Source of the DNA: a virus
Taxonomy: Duplodnaviria > Caudoviricetes
Reading direction: 5' to 3' (one strand)
Length of the DNA: 64,000 nt
IMG/VR virus record: IMGVR_UViG_3300033069_001711
Coordinates: 13,946-77,945 of that record
The position numbers and the translations under genes were made by a program. Positions 56,242 through 64,000 of the stretch are shown piece by piece. The number at the start of each line of letters is the position of its first letter. Position 1 is the first letter of the stretch. Under the pieces are notes generated by a model that saw only the letters and a list, made by a program, of their open reading frames with translations, made no database searches and was not told where the DNA came from.

Positions 56242-59200
56242 TGTCTGGCACAAGCGCATCGACAAGAACAGCCCCGCCTCGCCGATTTGAAAATTACGTT
56301 CTCACAAAGACCGTCGATTCGAATGTAGGTCTAACCAACATTGACGACAAGCAGTTCGTAAAAATTACATCAGCCTCAGAAATTGCTGATGGCGATGGAA
56401 CGTATGTTGTCATTTCTATTGGGTTCAAATTTCAAATTGACGGAATTTGGTACGATAAAATTGCAGTAGATCCTAATGGTTGGGCTGCGCTTGTTGATCC
56501 TTCAACTGGAACATTCAACAGTAACGAAGTCGTAGCTGACACTGAAGATAACACACAAATTAACTCGACGTTTACGTCTAACGCAGTATTGTTAGCGCCA
56601 TGGTTTGATAACTTGCGAAACGTTTTGAGCGACGTTTCTCATCTTTCAATTTCACCCTTCAATTATTCTGCTGAAAAAATTGAGCGCATTAGCCAAGGCA
56701 TTGAGCCCCCTCCTGCATACTGGAACCCTAGTTCGTACGGAACTAGTTACTATCTTGATAGACGCTCACCTCAAGGACAACGACTCATCATCAGATGGGC
56801 ATGTTTGGCGAACGCCGGAACTGGCGTAACGATCACATTGATCAAATTCGAAGTTGTTCTCTATGAGAACGGAACTATTGAATTTCGTTATGCACCCAGA
56901 TCCGGATCACCGAGTCGAATTGCACAATCATACGAATATGAATCGGCAACCGTTGGTATCTTCATGCCGGGAGGAAATAGTAGATTTCGAGATTTTTCAC
57001 CAGGACTAGGTTATCAAGATGACCGACGTCAAGAATACGCATATGGTGGCGCTGTTTATGATGCATCATTTACTGATGATGGTTCTGGCGCACAAGATGA
57101 CGGTGTTAGTGGAATTCCATATGTTCACAATCTGTGGTCAACACTAAATTGGCCTGGTTCTCACGTTGGCGGATGCATTATGACTTTTGCTCCGCCGAAA
57201 AATCGTCGTAAGATTTTACCTCGCAAGTTGATACACGCCTTAGACTCCAATCGAGCATTGCCGATTGTTTCTCGAAATGGATTTGGTCGAATCAACAATC
57301 GAATACAACAATTCGACGATAGAAAGACTCCTAACTACACTAGTGGAACAAGAGGTGACATTGTTGTCAATTATCCCACTACGTTGCCTCGATTTTTTGG
57401 AGGTGACAATGCAGACGTTACAGAACGACAAGATTTGTTTGCGGGTGATTTTTTAGTCACTGGTAGCATTGTTCCGAGTGCAATCGAACAGTACATTGGG
57501 TCATCTAAAAGTGAATTGATCGAAGCGTTCAATGAAACTAGTCGACCAGAACAAGATGAAGGAAGTCAATTTTTCCTCACGGGTTCAAGTATCGAATTGT
57601 TTTCTAGCTTTGGATCAAGCTTAAAAACTAAAACACAACTCAAGTTTTCGTTGCCAGTCGATTACAACGTTCAGATGCCAGGAGCTTCTTCAAGCATCTA
57701 TTACTACAATTCCAAAACTCACTCTTGGAATGTTCCGATCAACAGTTCAGATGTTTTGTTGTCAGGCAGCTCAGTTCAGCAACCAGGAGCACACGGCGAT
57801 TGGTCTAATCCTGCTAGTTGGCACTATCAAGGATTCCAAGATTTAGGTTGGGCGTTGAATGAAGACGCTCGTGGTTTTGGACCGTATGGAAATGTCATTT
57901 CATCAGGATCTCATAATCCTAACCCAGCAAATGATGGTCTTAGCATAGGCGAAAAAACAGACTTTGAGTTGATGCGCGCATACAATCAAAAATTGACAGC
58001 CAACGCTATTGGAAAAGAATATCCAAAAAGCATACGCAACAATCCAGAGTATCAACCTACACAAAATGAAACATTCAAGCTTCAAATCGATGAACCGATG
58101 TTGCTTGAAAAAGCCGTGTTTGAAATTCCATTTTCTGCAGGCCCTGGATGGTTTGACGATCAAACAAGAGTTTGGCGACCACAATGTCAAACTAGCAATG
58201 CACTGGGTTTGTGTTGGGGAGGTCCTGCCCTCACGGTCGCTCTATACAGAAAAATTCAATTTGGACGTAGCATAGAAGGTATTGTTTCTTCGTCGTTAGA
58301 TTTGATCATGACTGGAACAATCATCCCGGCGGGTGATGACGTTTCTCAAGTCGTATTCGAGTATAATGGTCCGGATGGCATGGGCCCAAATTGGGTATTT
58401 GGCGTCAAGGGATTTAGATCAGCTGGATATCCAGCGTCCGCCGTTGTTAGTTCAAATGACGCTAATTTCTTTACCGGTTCTGTGAAGGTTAAAAGCACTG
58501 CCCTTAATTCTGTGGGTGTAATGCTAATGCTTAATCAAAAGGCATATGCGCTACCAGACATGTCAGAACAAATGCCTTCAATCTATAGATTTTTGGAGGA
58601 AACGCCGACAATCAATCTGAATAACTCGGACTACATTGTTAACAACTTATCGGTAAATAACATTGCAGGAATTGCGCCTTTTGGTAGGTCTGCAACTGGA
58701 CTTACGCCATCTGGTCGAAGCGTTCTTGGACGTGAGCTTGAGACGCTGCAACGCAAATCAGATCCGGGAGGCCAACTAGTTGCTAATCCTTTGTATTTAG
58801 GCCCCGGGGCATTACATTCTGCTGAGTATTTGTATATTTCTGAGTCTCTGGGTGCCATTGAAGCAGATTCAGCTTTACTGAATCAAAATTCAATTGAATT
58901 TCTCGCGCCTGTTTCTCTAATCAGTCATTCACCATGTCCTTATTTGGTGATGCCAAATGATGAATTTGTACTCAGCATTTCAAAAATGCATCCATACGTC
59001 GCTAACGGATTGGAAACTACAAATCAATGGTTTTCCGGCTCTGTCGCCAATCATGATGTCGGTCTGATCACAGGCTCTATCAACATAACACTTTACGGTT
59101 CTAAAGTGCGCGCGGGTGTGGAATTCAACGATCCCTCAAGTCAACGAATCGGTTCTGAAGTTCTTTCTGAAGTCATCGGAAATGAACCGGTTTTAGATCA

Positions 59201-60362
59201 GTTCGATGCACCTTATTCGCGTGAACTTTCAGGATCAAATAACGATCGTTTCAATGTAGAACGTGCAGTCCAGTATCTTTTTATCGGACGTTCACAGGGA
59301 ACTGAATTTGCAAGTGCAAGTCCAGCAGTTTCATCATCTTATGATACACAAATTTACTATAGTTCAGTAGGTTCAAATGTTCGAGACGTATCTTGGTCAA
59401 GTCAGCGTAATTGGACAAGATCAAGAAAGATTTTCGAACTACAAAAAAGCAGTCGAAATTCAGTTTTTACGTGCGACAAAGAATTAATTTGGGACTCTCG
59501 AATTCCTGATCCTCGTAGCATGCTTTCAATTCAATCACCTGGATTGGCTTTGGGAGGAGCAACGACCGCTGGTTCTGCCGTTGTCAAATTTGGACTGATG
59601 ACAGGCAGAGAGTATGGTGAATTGGTAGATTACTTAGGTACTCCTCCTAGTTCAGGTAGTCGTGGTATGGGTGACTGGATCATGTCTTTCCCATTTGAAC
59701 CTCGATGGTCTGGGGTATCTCATACTTTTGCTAATGAACTTCGAGGTGCATCGTACCCGATCAGAATCGATCCAGTGACATTTTCACCTCGTTATGTCAT
59801 GTTTTCAAACATGACATTTGAATACGGAAATATCAAAGCTGACGGCACTAGAATCATCGCCACAGAGACAAATCAAGAAACTAGTGGCAACAGTTTAGGA
59901 ACAGGTCATCCAGAATTCATCAAATTCATGTATGGATTTGGCGACGGAAGATCAGCCACGGCTGATAATTGTCATGTCACGCACAGAAGAAAAGATCCTG
60001 ATTATGGAACCGTAGCCGGAACAGAATTACGTGGATGGCGCCATGGTCTTGCATCAGGGTTTCCACTTCACACTATTTCAGTTTTTCGTCGTGATCATTA
60101 CGGTTATGTCCGCGACATGTTAGAACAACGCCTCGACACCAAATTTTTCAACACTAGCTCAGCTGGTGTTGACGTGTCGACGTCACCTGTAGCGGTTAGA
60201 TTTGTCGATTCATCAGGTAGAACAACGTTGCCAGAATACACATACTCTTCAAATTTGAGCTTTGAAGCTACGAGTTCATTGCCTTTCTTTGATGGAGTTG
60301 TTCGAAATCGTGAAGAACCAATTTCATTGGCTAGAACAAATCAATCTATCGTGGTCGTCTGA
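56241..60362 (+). CDS. large tail/baseplate protein with N-terminal NIDO-like domain
   Basis: SIGFKFQIDGIWYDKIAVDPNGW, LLAPWFDNL and FEVVLYENGTIEFRY match the nidogen-like (NIDO) pattern; 1373 aa. Confidence 0.6.
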   Translation: MSGTSASTRTAPPRRFENYVLTKTVDSNVGLTNIDDKQFVKITSASEIADGDGTYVVISIGFKFQIDGIWYDKIAVDPNGWAALVDPSTGTFNSNEVVADTEDNTQINSTFTSNAVLLAPWFDNLRNVLSDVSHLSISPFNYSAEKIERISQGIEPPPAYWNPSSYGTSYYLDRRSPQGQRLIIRWACLANAGTGVTITLIKFEVVLYENGTIEFRYAPRSGSPSRIAQSYEYESATVGIFMPGGNSRFRDFSPGLGYQDDRRQEYAYGGAVYDASFTDDGSGAQDDGVSGIPYVHNLWSTLNWPGSHVGGCIMTFAPPKNRRKILPRKLIHALDSNRALPIVSRNGFGRINNRIQQFDDRKTPNYTSGTRGDIVVNYPTTLPRFFGGDNADVTERQDLFAGDFLVTGSIVPSAIEQYIGSSKSELIEAFNETSRPEQDEGSQFFLTGSSIELFSSFGSSLKTKTQLKFSLPVDYNVQMPGASSSIYYYNSKTHSWNVPINSSDVLLSGSSVQQPGAHGDWSNPASWHYQGFQDLGWALNEDARGFGPYGNVISSGSHNPNPANDGLSIGEKTDFELMRAYNQKLTANAIGKEYPKSIRNNPEYQPTQNETFKLQIDEPMLLEKAVFEIPFSAGPGWFDDQTRVWRPQCQTSNALGLCWGGPALTVALYRKIQFGRSIEGIVSSSLDLIMTGTIIPAGDDVSQVVFEYNGPDGMGPNWVFGVKGFRSAGYPASAVVSSNDANFFTGSVKVKSTALNSVGVMLMLNQKAYALPDMSEQMPSIYRFLEETPTINLNNSDYIVNNLSVNNIAGIAPFGRSATGLTPSGRSVLGRELETLQRKSDPGGQLVANPLYLGPGALHSAEYLYISESLGAIEADSALLNQNSIEFLAPVSLISHSPCPYLVMPNDEFVLSISKMHPYVANGLETTNQWFSGSVANHDVGLITGSINITLYGSKVRAGVEFNDPSSQRIGSEVLSEVIGNEPVLDQFDAPYSRELSGSNNDRFNVERAVQYLFIGRSQGTEFASASPAVSSSYDTQIYYSSVGSNVRDVSWSSQRNWTRSRKIFELQKSSRNSVFTCDKELIWDSRIPDPRSMLSIQSPGLALGGATTAGSAVVKFGLMTGREYGELVDYLGTPPSSGSRGMGDWIMSFPFEPRWSGVSHTFANELRGASYPIRIDPVTFSPRYVMFSNMTFEYGNIKADGTRIIATETNQETSGNSLGTGHPEFIKFMYGFGDGRSATADNCHVTHRRKDPDYGTVAGTELRGWRHGLASGFPLHTISVFRRDHYGYVRDMLEQRLDTKFFNTSSAGVDVSTSPVAVRFVDSSGRTTLPEYTYSSNLSFEATSSLPFFDGVVRNREEPISLARTNQSIVVV

Positions 60363-60371
60363 GACAAGTCA

Positions 60372-61166
60372 ATGACAGTATTGCGAAAAGAAGATGCTGA
60401 TAAAAGCGAACGTGTAATTGTACGTGATCATCGCAACAACATCATCAAAGTTGTCAGCTTACAAGATCAAGAAATTGGCACGTCGACAAATCCCAAAGAT
60501 CAATTCATTTGGGGAGACTTAGGTGTTCAAGGCGATGTAACGACACAAGCTAGTTGCACAATTGGGTCAGATTTATTTGTGACTGGCAATCTGTCAGCGA
60601 GCGTTATTCGCGCTAGACAAATGACCGGTTCAATCACGCAGACTGCTTTGGGAACTAGTTTCGTCACTTCAATCAGCAATCAAGTGACTGTCACGACTAG
60701 TTCAACGAGTCAAGTTCAAATCGGTAGTACTCTCATCTCGATGGCGTTAACGTCTGATTTTACTACTACGTCGACTTCTGCCCAAAGTTCTTCTTTTTCA
60801 TTCGCTGTCTCTGCCAATGAAATTTGGGAAGTGGAATTCGACGGATCTTTTGGATGTTCTACTGCAAATGGCATTCGTGTAGGATGGGCAGCCCCTGCTG
60901 GTTCTACAGGCAATAATAGAACGTTTGGTTGTACGACCAGCGCAACTGTATTTTCATCATCAATTACCAATACGATGAACGCCCTAATACCATTTACGTT
61001 CAGTGCAGTCTCAGGTCCTGCGCCTCACTATGGTCGTGTTCAATCGTTGATAAGAGTCGGTAGCACAGCAGGAACTATCACCATGTTGTTAGCAGTGGTT
61101 ACCCTAGGAACCGCACGCATGTATGCTGATTCATACTTTACAGCACGCCGTGTTACATCAGTCTAG
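60372..61166 (+). CDS. fibre-like protein with C-terminal beta-sandwich head (paralog of 4064..5086)
   Basis: Shaft-like GDLGVQGDV...FVTGNLSAS; head FAVSANEIWEVEFDGSF...RVGSTAGTI...SYFTARR. Confidence 0.65.
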   Translation: MTVLRKEDADKSERVIVRDHRNNIIKVVSLQDQEIGTSTNPKDQFIWGDLGVQGDVTTQASCTIGSDLFVTGNLSASVIRARQMTGSITQTALGTSFVTSISNQVTVTTSSTSQVQIGSTLISMALTSDFTTTSTSAQSSSFSFAVSANEIWEVEFDGSFGCSTANGIRVGWAAPAGSTGNNRTFGCTTSATVFSSSITNTMNALIPFTFSAVSGPAPHYGRVQSLIRVGSTAGTITMLLAVVTLGTARMYADSYFTARRVTSV

Positions 61167-61328
61167 TCATTCGACTGGTATGATTTGCGTGACGACTTCT
61201 CGGTGTCTCTGAACCCACGCATACCAGTCAGCCCGACGCTGCTCTTCTTTTTTGAGTGCTTCAATTTTTGAGTCAACTTTATCGGTGACTTCGTCGTCGT
61301 TTCCATTTAGATCAATGACAATCACCAT
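61167..61328 (-). CDS. small hypothetical protein (53 aa, absent from the ORF track)
   Basis: MVIVIDLNGNDDEVTDKVDSKIEALKKEEQRRADWYAWVQRHREVVTQIIPVE; SD GGAGAG and a TACTTA motif upstream. Confidence 0.7.
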   Translation of the reverse strand: MVIVIDLNGNDDEVTDKVDSKIEALKKEEQRRADWYAWVQRHREVVTQIIPVE

Positions 61329-61448
61329 GTTGCACTCTCCATGATCGTAAGTATACGACCTCTATGATAACAGTAACTAAGGCTCATGAAGCTGTACAAG
61401 CTGCCCACAGATTGACCCAAGAATATCCCGTGCTAACCTCAGGCATGG

Positions 61449-62684
61449 TTATAAAGCCAGCTTTGAAATAATGGTATCGAGTGTCGTGGGTGACAGCTTG
61501 TTTTTATCGCAGGTCGTCCTAATCCACTCCATAGTGTTGCGAGAGCGATTCTCCCAAAGGTTAAAATAAGGAGCGGTCCAATCGCCTGACAACATCACTT
61601 GTTCAGCAAAACGACGACGATTTCCTGATGCTTCTTCACGGAATTTTTCAAAATTTGCATCAATACTTTTGCAGTACTGTGCATATGAGTCTTGCATCTT
61701 CAACATCTTTTCACCCACTTCTTTAGGAACTAGGGGAATGATGTCATCGATCTTTTCAAGAATCACGGCTTCTAAAGCATTTCTTGGTGAAGCCGTGATG
61801 GAGTCTTTAGATTTGTGAGCAAGTACATATGACTTGTTTTTGACTTTCAAGCGATTGAATTTAGAATCGCAAACCACAGCACCTTCAAGTTCAGAAGGAT
61901 CAGCCGTATCAACAAATGCTGCCAGCGCATGTACATCACGGATAGGCCAAACTTTAGGTCGCTTGACATGTTCAAGTCGAATTGACTCAATAGGGACCTC
62001 TTTCCCAGTTGCAGTATGCCTTGCCGCAAGAAGATAAACCTGAGGTTTTGGATAGTCGACGACAATTTGGTTATAGGGCGACACCAATTCAAAAATATAC
62101 GTCATCTCTTTGTTGAGATGAACCACTTTGTCGATGCTATCGACGACCCAATCTAACGGTTTCCCAGACAATTCTTCACGAGTTTCAACTAATGCCCTTA
62201 GAAAAAGTTGTGAAAATGTCATATCACCAATTTCAATATGACCCTTTAAGATGGGTAAATTTGCCTCAGGCACTGAACGAGTGGCGGCATGCCATTTTCC
62301 TTGAAGCGGATCCCAATAGCAGATGATGCACGTACCGTCTAGTTTTTCATAGACACGAAGATTGTCATCTGACCAATCAATTTCTGCCGCTGTGTCTTGA
62401 CCGTGATTGAAAAAGCGATTCATTGGCCATGCTAAAACCTCTAGAGGTCCGACTTTTACGTCCTGCCATTTGTCACCAGCGTTGAAGAATTTATTTGGAT
62501 CATGAGATCTGACTACGACTCCACGACATTGCACAGAAAATGGATTTCCATTTCGAGTGAGAATAGAATCATAGTTGAGAGAAAATTTATCGAACGTCTC
62601 GCTTGGTCGCGCGCAAACTCCGTATTCTTCCTCGAGTTCACGAAATGTGTGACGTTCCAAATAATCCAAAACTAACAACTTCAT
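61449..62684 (-). CDS. RNA ligase, T4 Rnl1-like
   Basis: CRGVV, WPMNRFFN, motif I YEKLDGT, ATRS, TYIFELVSPYNQIVV, EGAVV and RLKVKN. SD GAGGA favours the start at 62684. Confidence 0.9.
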   Translation of the reverse strand: MKLLVLDYLERHTFRELEEEYGVCARPSETFDKFSLNYDSILTRNGNPFSVQCRGVVVRSHDPNKFFNAGDKWQDVKVGPLEVLAWPMNRFFNHGQDTAAEIDWSDDNLRVYEKLDGTCIICYWDPLQGKWHAATRSVPEANLPILKGHIEIGDMTFSQLFLRALVETREELSGKPLDWVVDSIDKVVHLNKEMTYIFELVSPYNQIVVDYPKPQVYLLAARHTATGKEVPIESIRLEHVKRPKVWPIRDVHALAAFVDTADPSELEGAVVCDSKFNRLKVKNKSYVLAHKSKDSITASPRNALEAVILEKIDDIIPLVPKEVGEKMLKMQDSYAQYCKSIDANFEKFREEASGNRRRFAEQVMLSGDWTAPYFNLWENRSRNTMEWIRTTCDKNKLSPTTLDTIISKLAL

Positions 62685-62747
62685 GTTCCTCACCTTAACC
62701 CACTGTGTCGCACGATACACCATGCCTATTTGAAGTAGAATTCAATC

Positions 62748-63335
62748 ATGAGTTCGAATACGAAACTCTTGTCTAGCTACATTCAAGAGTTTGTCAAAAC
62801 TCCAAAAACACACAAGAAATTGTGGGTATTTGACTTTGACGATACACTAGTAAAAACGGACGCTAAAGTTCATGTGACCACACCAGAGGGCGTCAAATTT
62901 GATTTATCACCAGGTGAATTTGCCGTATATGACAAAAAACCCGGTGAAATATTTGACTATGCAGATTTTCACAAATTGATTAATCCGCGCGCGGTGCGGT
63001 GGACAAATAAGATCTTACGTAATGTATACGCACATCACGGTGCGAAAAATATCGTCATATTATCAGCGCGCAGTGCTGATCTACCAATTAGACAATTCCT
63101 AAAACAACAAGGTTTCGATGACATCGAGGTTGTCGCGCTCGATACCGCCTCTCCTCACGCAAAAGCTAGCTGGATTGATGCTCGTATTAAACGTGATGGA
63201 TATGAATCAGTAGAATTTTTGGACGACTCTCACAAAAATATCGAAGCTGTTCGCGAATTACGACACGATCACCCGGATGTATTGATCCTCGCTAGACATA
63301 TCATGAGCAACAAAATTGCTAGCCTTCATCGCTGA
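62748..63335 (+). CDS. HAD-superfamily phosphatase (PNKP/RNA-repair-type HAD possible)
   Basis: VFDFDDTL (DxDxT), ILSAR (motif II), K...I and FLDDSHKNI (motif IV). Confidence 0.85.
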   Translation: MSSNTKLLSSYIQEFVKTPKTHKKLWVFDFDDTLVKTDAKVHVTTPEGVKFDLSPGEFAVYDKKPGEIFDYADFHKLINPRAVRWTNKILRNVYAHHGAKNIVILSARSADLPIRQFLKQQGFDDIEVVALDTASPHAKASWIDARIKRDGYESVEFLDDSHKNIEAVRELRHDHPDVLILARHIMSNKIASLHR

Positions 63336-63821
63336 TCATTCGTCTTCTTCGTCATCATCTTCGTCTAAAGGTTCTTCATCGTCGTAAGATTCATCTTCTA
63401 CGTCTAATTCTGAATCTTTGAACAGGACAGGCAGATCAAGGCGAGCTTCTTCAGGTCGTATGATTCTGACGTCAATCGTTGCATCATTGTAAGGCTTAAG
63501 AGGAAGAAGTCCACCTGTGACCCACCCAGTGTGCGTAGTCACTAATAGGCCTGAAGAATTGGCGGGTTGATGTGCTCTGCCTAATCTAATCAACTCAAGA
63601 CGCTTAAATTTTCCATCAGATTCATAAGCGTATTCAAACCCACGTAATTCAGCTTCAATGAAACCGCCGGGCTCTAACAGTAGTTCCTCTATTTCAGGTA
63701 CCTGTATTTGCTCATTACGTTCTATGGCGCATGTCCAAACATAAAGGGCCTCAGATGAAGGAAAGAGATAAAACTTCTTTCCAGGTGAGCCCATACGTAG
63801 CGTGACTTTGACTTTTTTCAA
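63336..63821 (-). CDS. hypothetical protein with very acidic C-terminal tail
   Basis: 161-aa ORF ending DVEDESYDDEEPLDEDDDEEDE. Confidence 0.75.
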   Translation of the reverse strand: MKKVKVTLRMGSPGKKFYLFPSSEALYVWTCAIERNEQIQVPEIEELLLEPGGFIEAELRGFEYAYESDGKFKRLELIRLGRAHQPANSSGLLVTTHTGWVTGGLLPLKPYNDATIDVRIIRPEEARLDLPVLFKDSELDVEDESYDDEEPLDEDDDEEDE

Positions 63822-63839
63822 TGTGTTAACACCGCTCGT

Positions 63840-63858
63840 CTAAGATCTAGCATCTTAG
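63840..63858. other. short inverted repeat between the tRNA and the next gene
   Basis: CTAAGAT-CTAGC-ATCTTAG. Confidence 0.5.
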
Positions 63859-63895
63859 TCACACAGTAACACCTTTCACGTTCTTTTTCATGAAG

Positions 63896-63968
63896 TAGGC
63901 CACTTGGGAGTTGAACCCAACCGCTAAAACCTTATAAGAGTTCGCCGTCAACCGGATACGTGTGGCCC
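63896..63968 (-). tRNA. tRNA-Ile(TAT), atypical D arm, no encoded CCA
   Basis: Minus strand: acceptor GGGCCAC/GTGGCCT, anticodon arm GAACT-CTTATAA-GGTTT, T arm TTGGG-TTCAACT-CCCAA and discriminator A. Confidence 0.78.
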
Positions 63969-64000
63969 ATGCTGTACACAAATCTCATGCATCATATGAG

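Noticed and set aside
45482-61166. Extracellular contractile injection system (eCIS/PVC) or T6SS
   Set aside because: The genes are much larger than eCIS equivalents, there is no sheath/tube/ATPase cassette here, and the context is a full phage genome with capsid-related, sigma and tRNA genes.
1-64000. Interpretation as a eukaryotic giant virus (many GTs and sugar enzymes) or as a bacterial chromosome or O-antigen locus
   Set aside because: T4-type gp25/gp6 baseplate genes, a gp55-like sigma factor, SD motifs, ATGA-coupled operons, an RNA ligase and homing endonucleases point to a large tailed phage. No Wzx/Wzy or core housekeeping operons are present.
1-64000. CRISPR array, rRNA, IS element or integrase
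   Set aside because: I saw no regularly spaced 25-45-nt repeats, rRNA-like tracts, transposase or recombinase ORFs.
1-64000. Stop-codon reassignment (alternative genetic code)
   Set aside because: Recognisable enzymes are full length in code 11, and TAA, TAG and TGA all occur as genuine gene ends.

Overview
This window is a 64-kb segment of a large lytic bacteriophage, most likely a jumbo myovirus with T4-superfamily structural genes, read in genetic code 11. Coding is dense, with many ATGA/GTGA overlaps and Shine-Dalgarno motifs. Bases 1-14.3 kb are mostly minus strand: virion/fibre-like proteins, PIN-PhoH, a mini sigma-region-4 protein, Hc1 histone-like protein, DinG helicase, ClpP and a degenerate GroEL-like protein. 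A repeat-rich divergent intergenic region at about 14.3-14.5 kb is a possible origin. Bases 14.5-61.2 kb are almost entirely plus strand. They hold (i) a very large glycan-biosynthesis island with 11 glycosyltransferase-like genes, Gmd, a PseB/CapD-like dehydratase, a DegT aminotransferase, a GNAT, a formyltransferase, a deacetylase, a short UGD and two methyltransferases, interrupted by two homing-endonuclease genes; (ii) an accessory block with NadM-Nudix, a macrodomain, a Pth2-like protein behind a structured RGPP leader, a tRNA-binding OB protein, an alarmone hydrolase, tRNA-Glu and a PD-(D/E)XK nuclease; (iii) a gp55-like sigma factor and a baseplate/tail module (gp5-, gp25-, gp6-, gp7-like and fibre proteins). 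The right end has an RNA ligase, a HAD phosphatase and tRNA-Ile(UAU). The most notable observations are two free-standing fragments resembling the major capsid protein (one inside the glycosylation island), an apparently ATPase-dead chaperonin, and an anti-SD/RGPP leader upstream of a Pth2-like gene pair. All family calls come from motif recognition by eye; no database searches were run.
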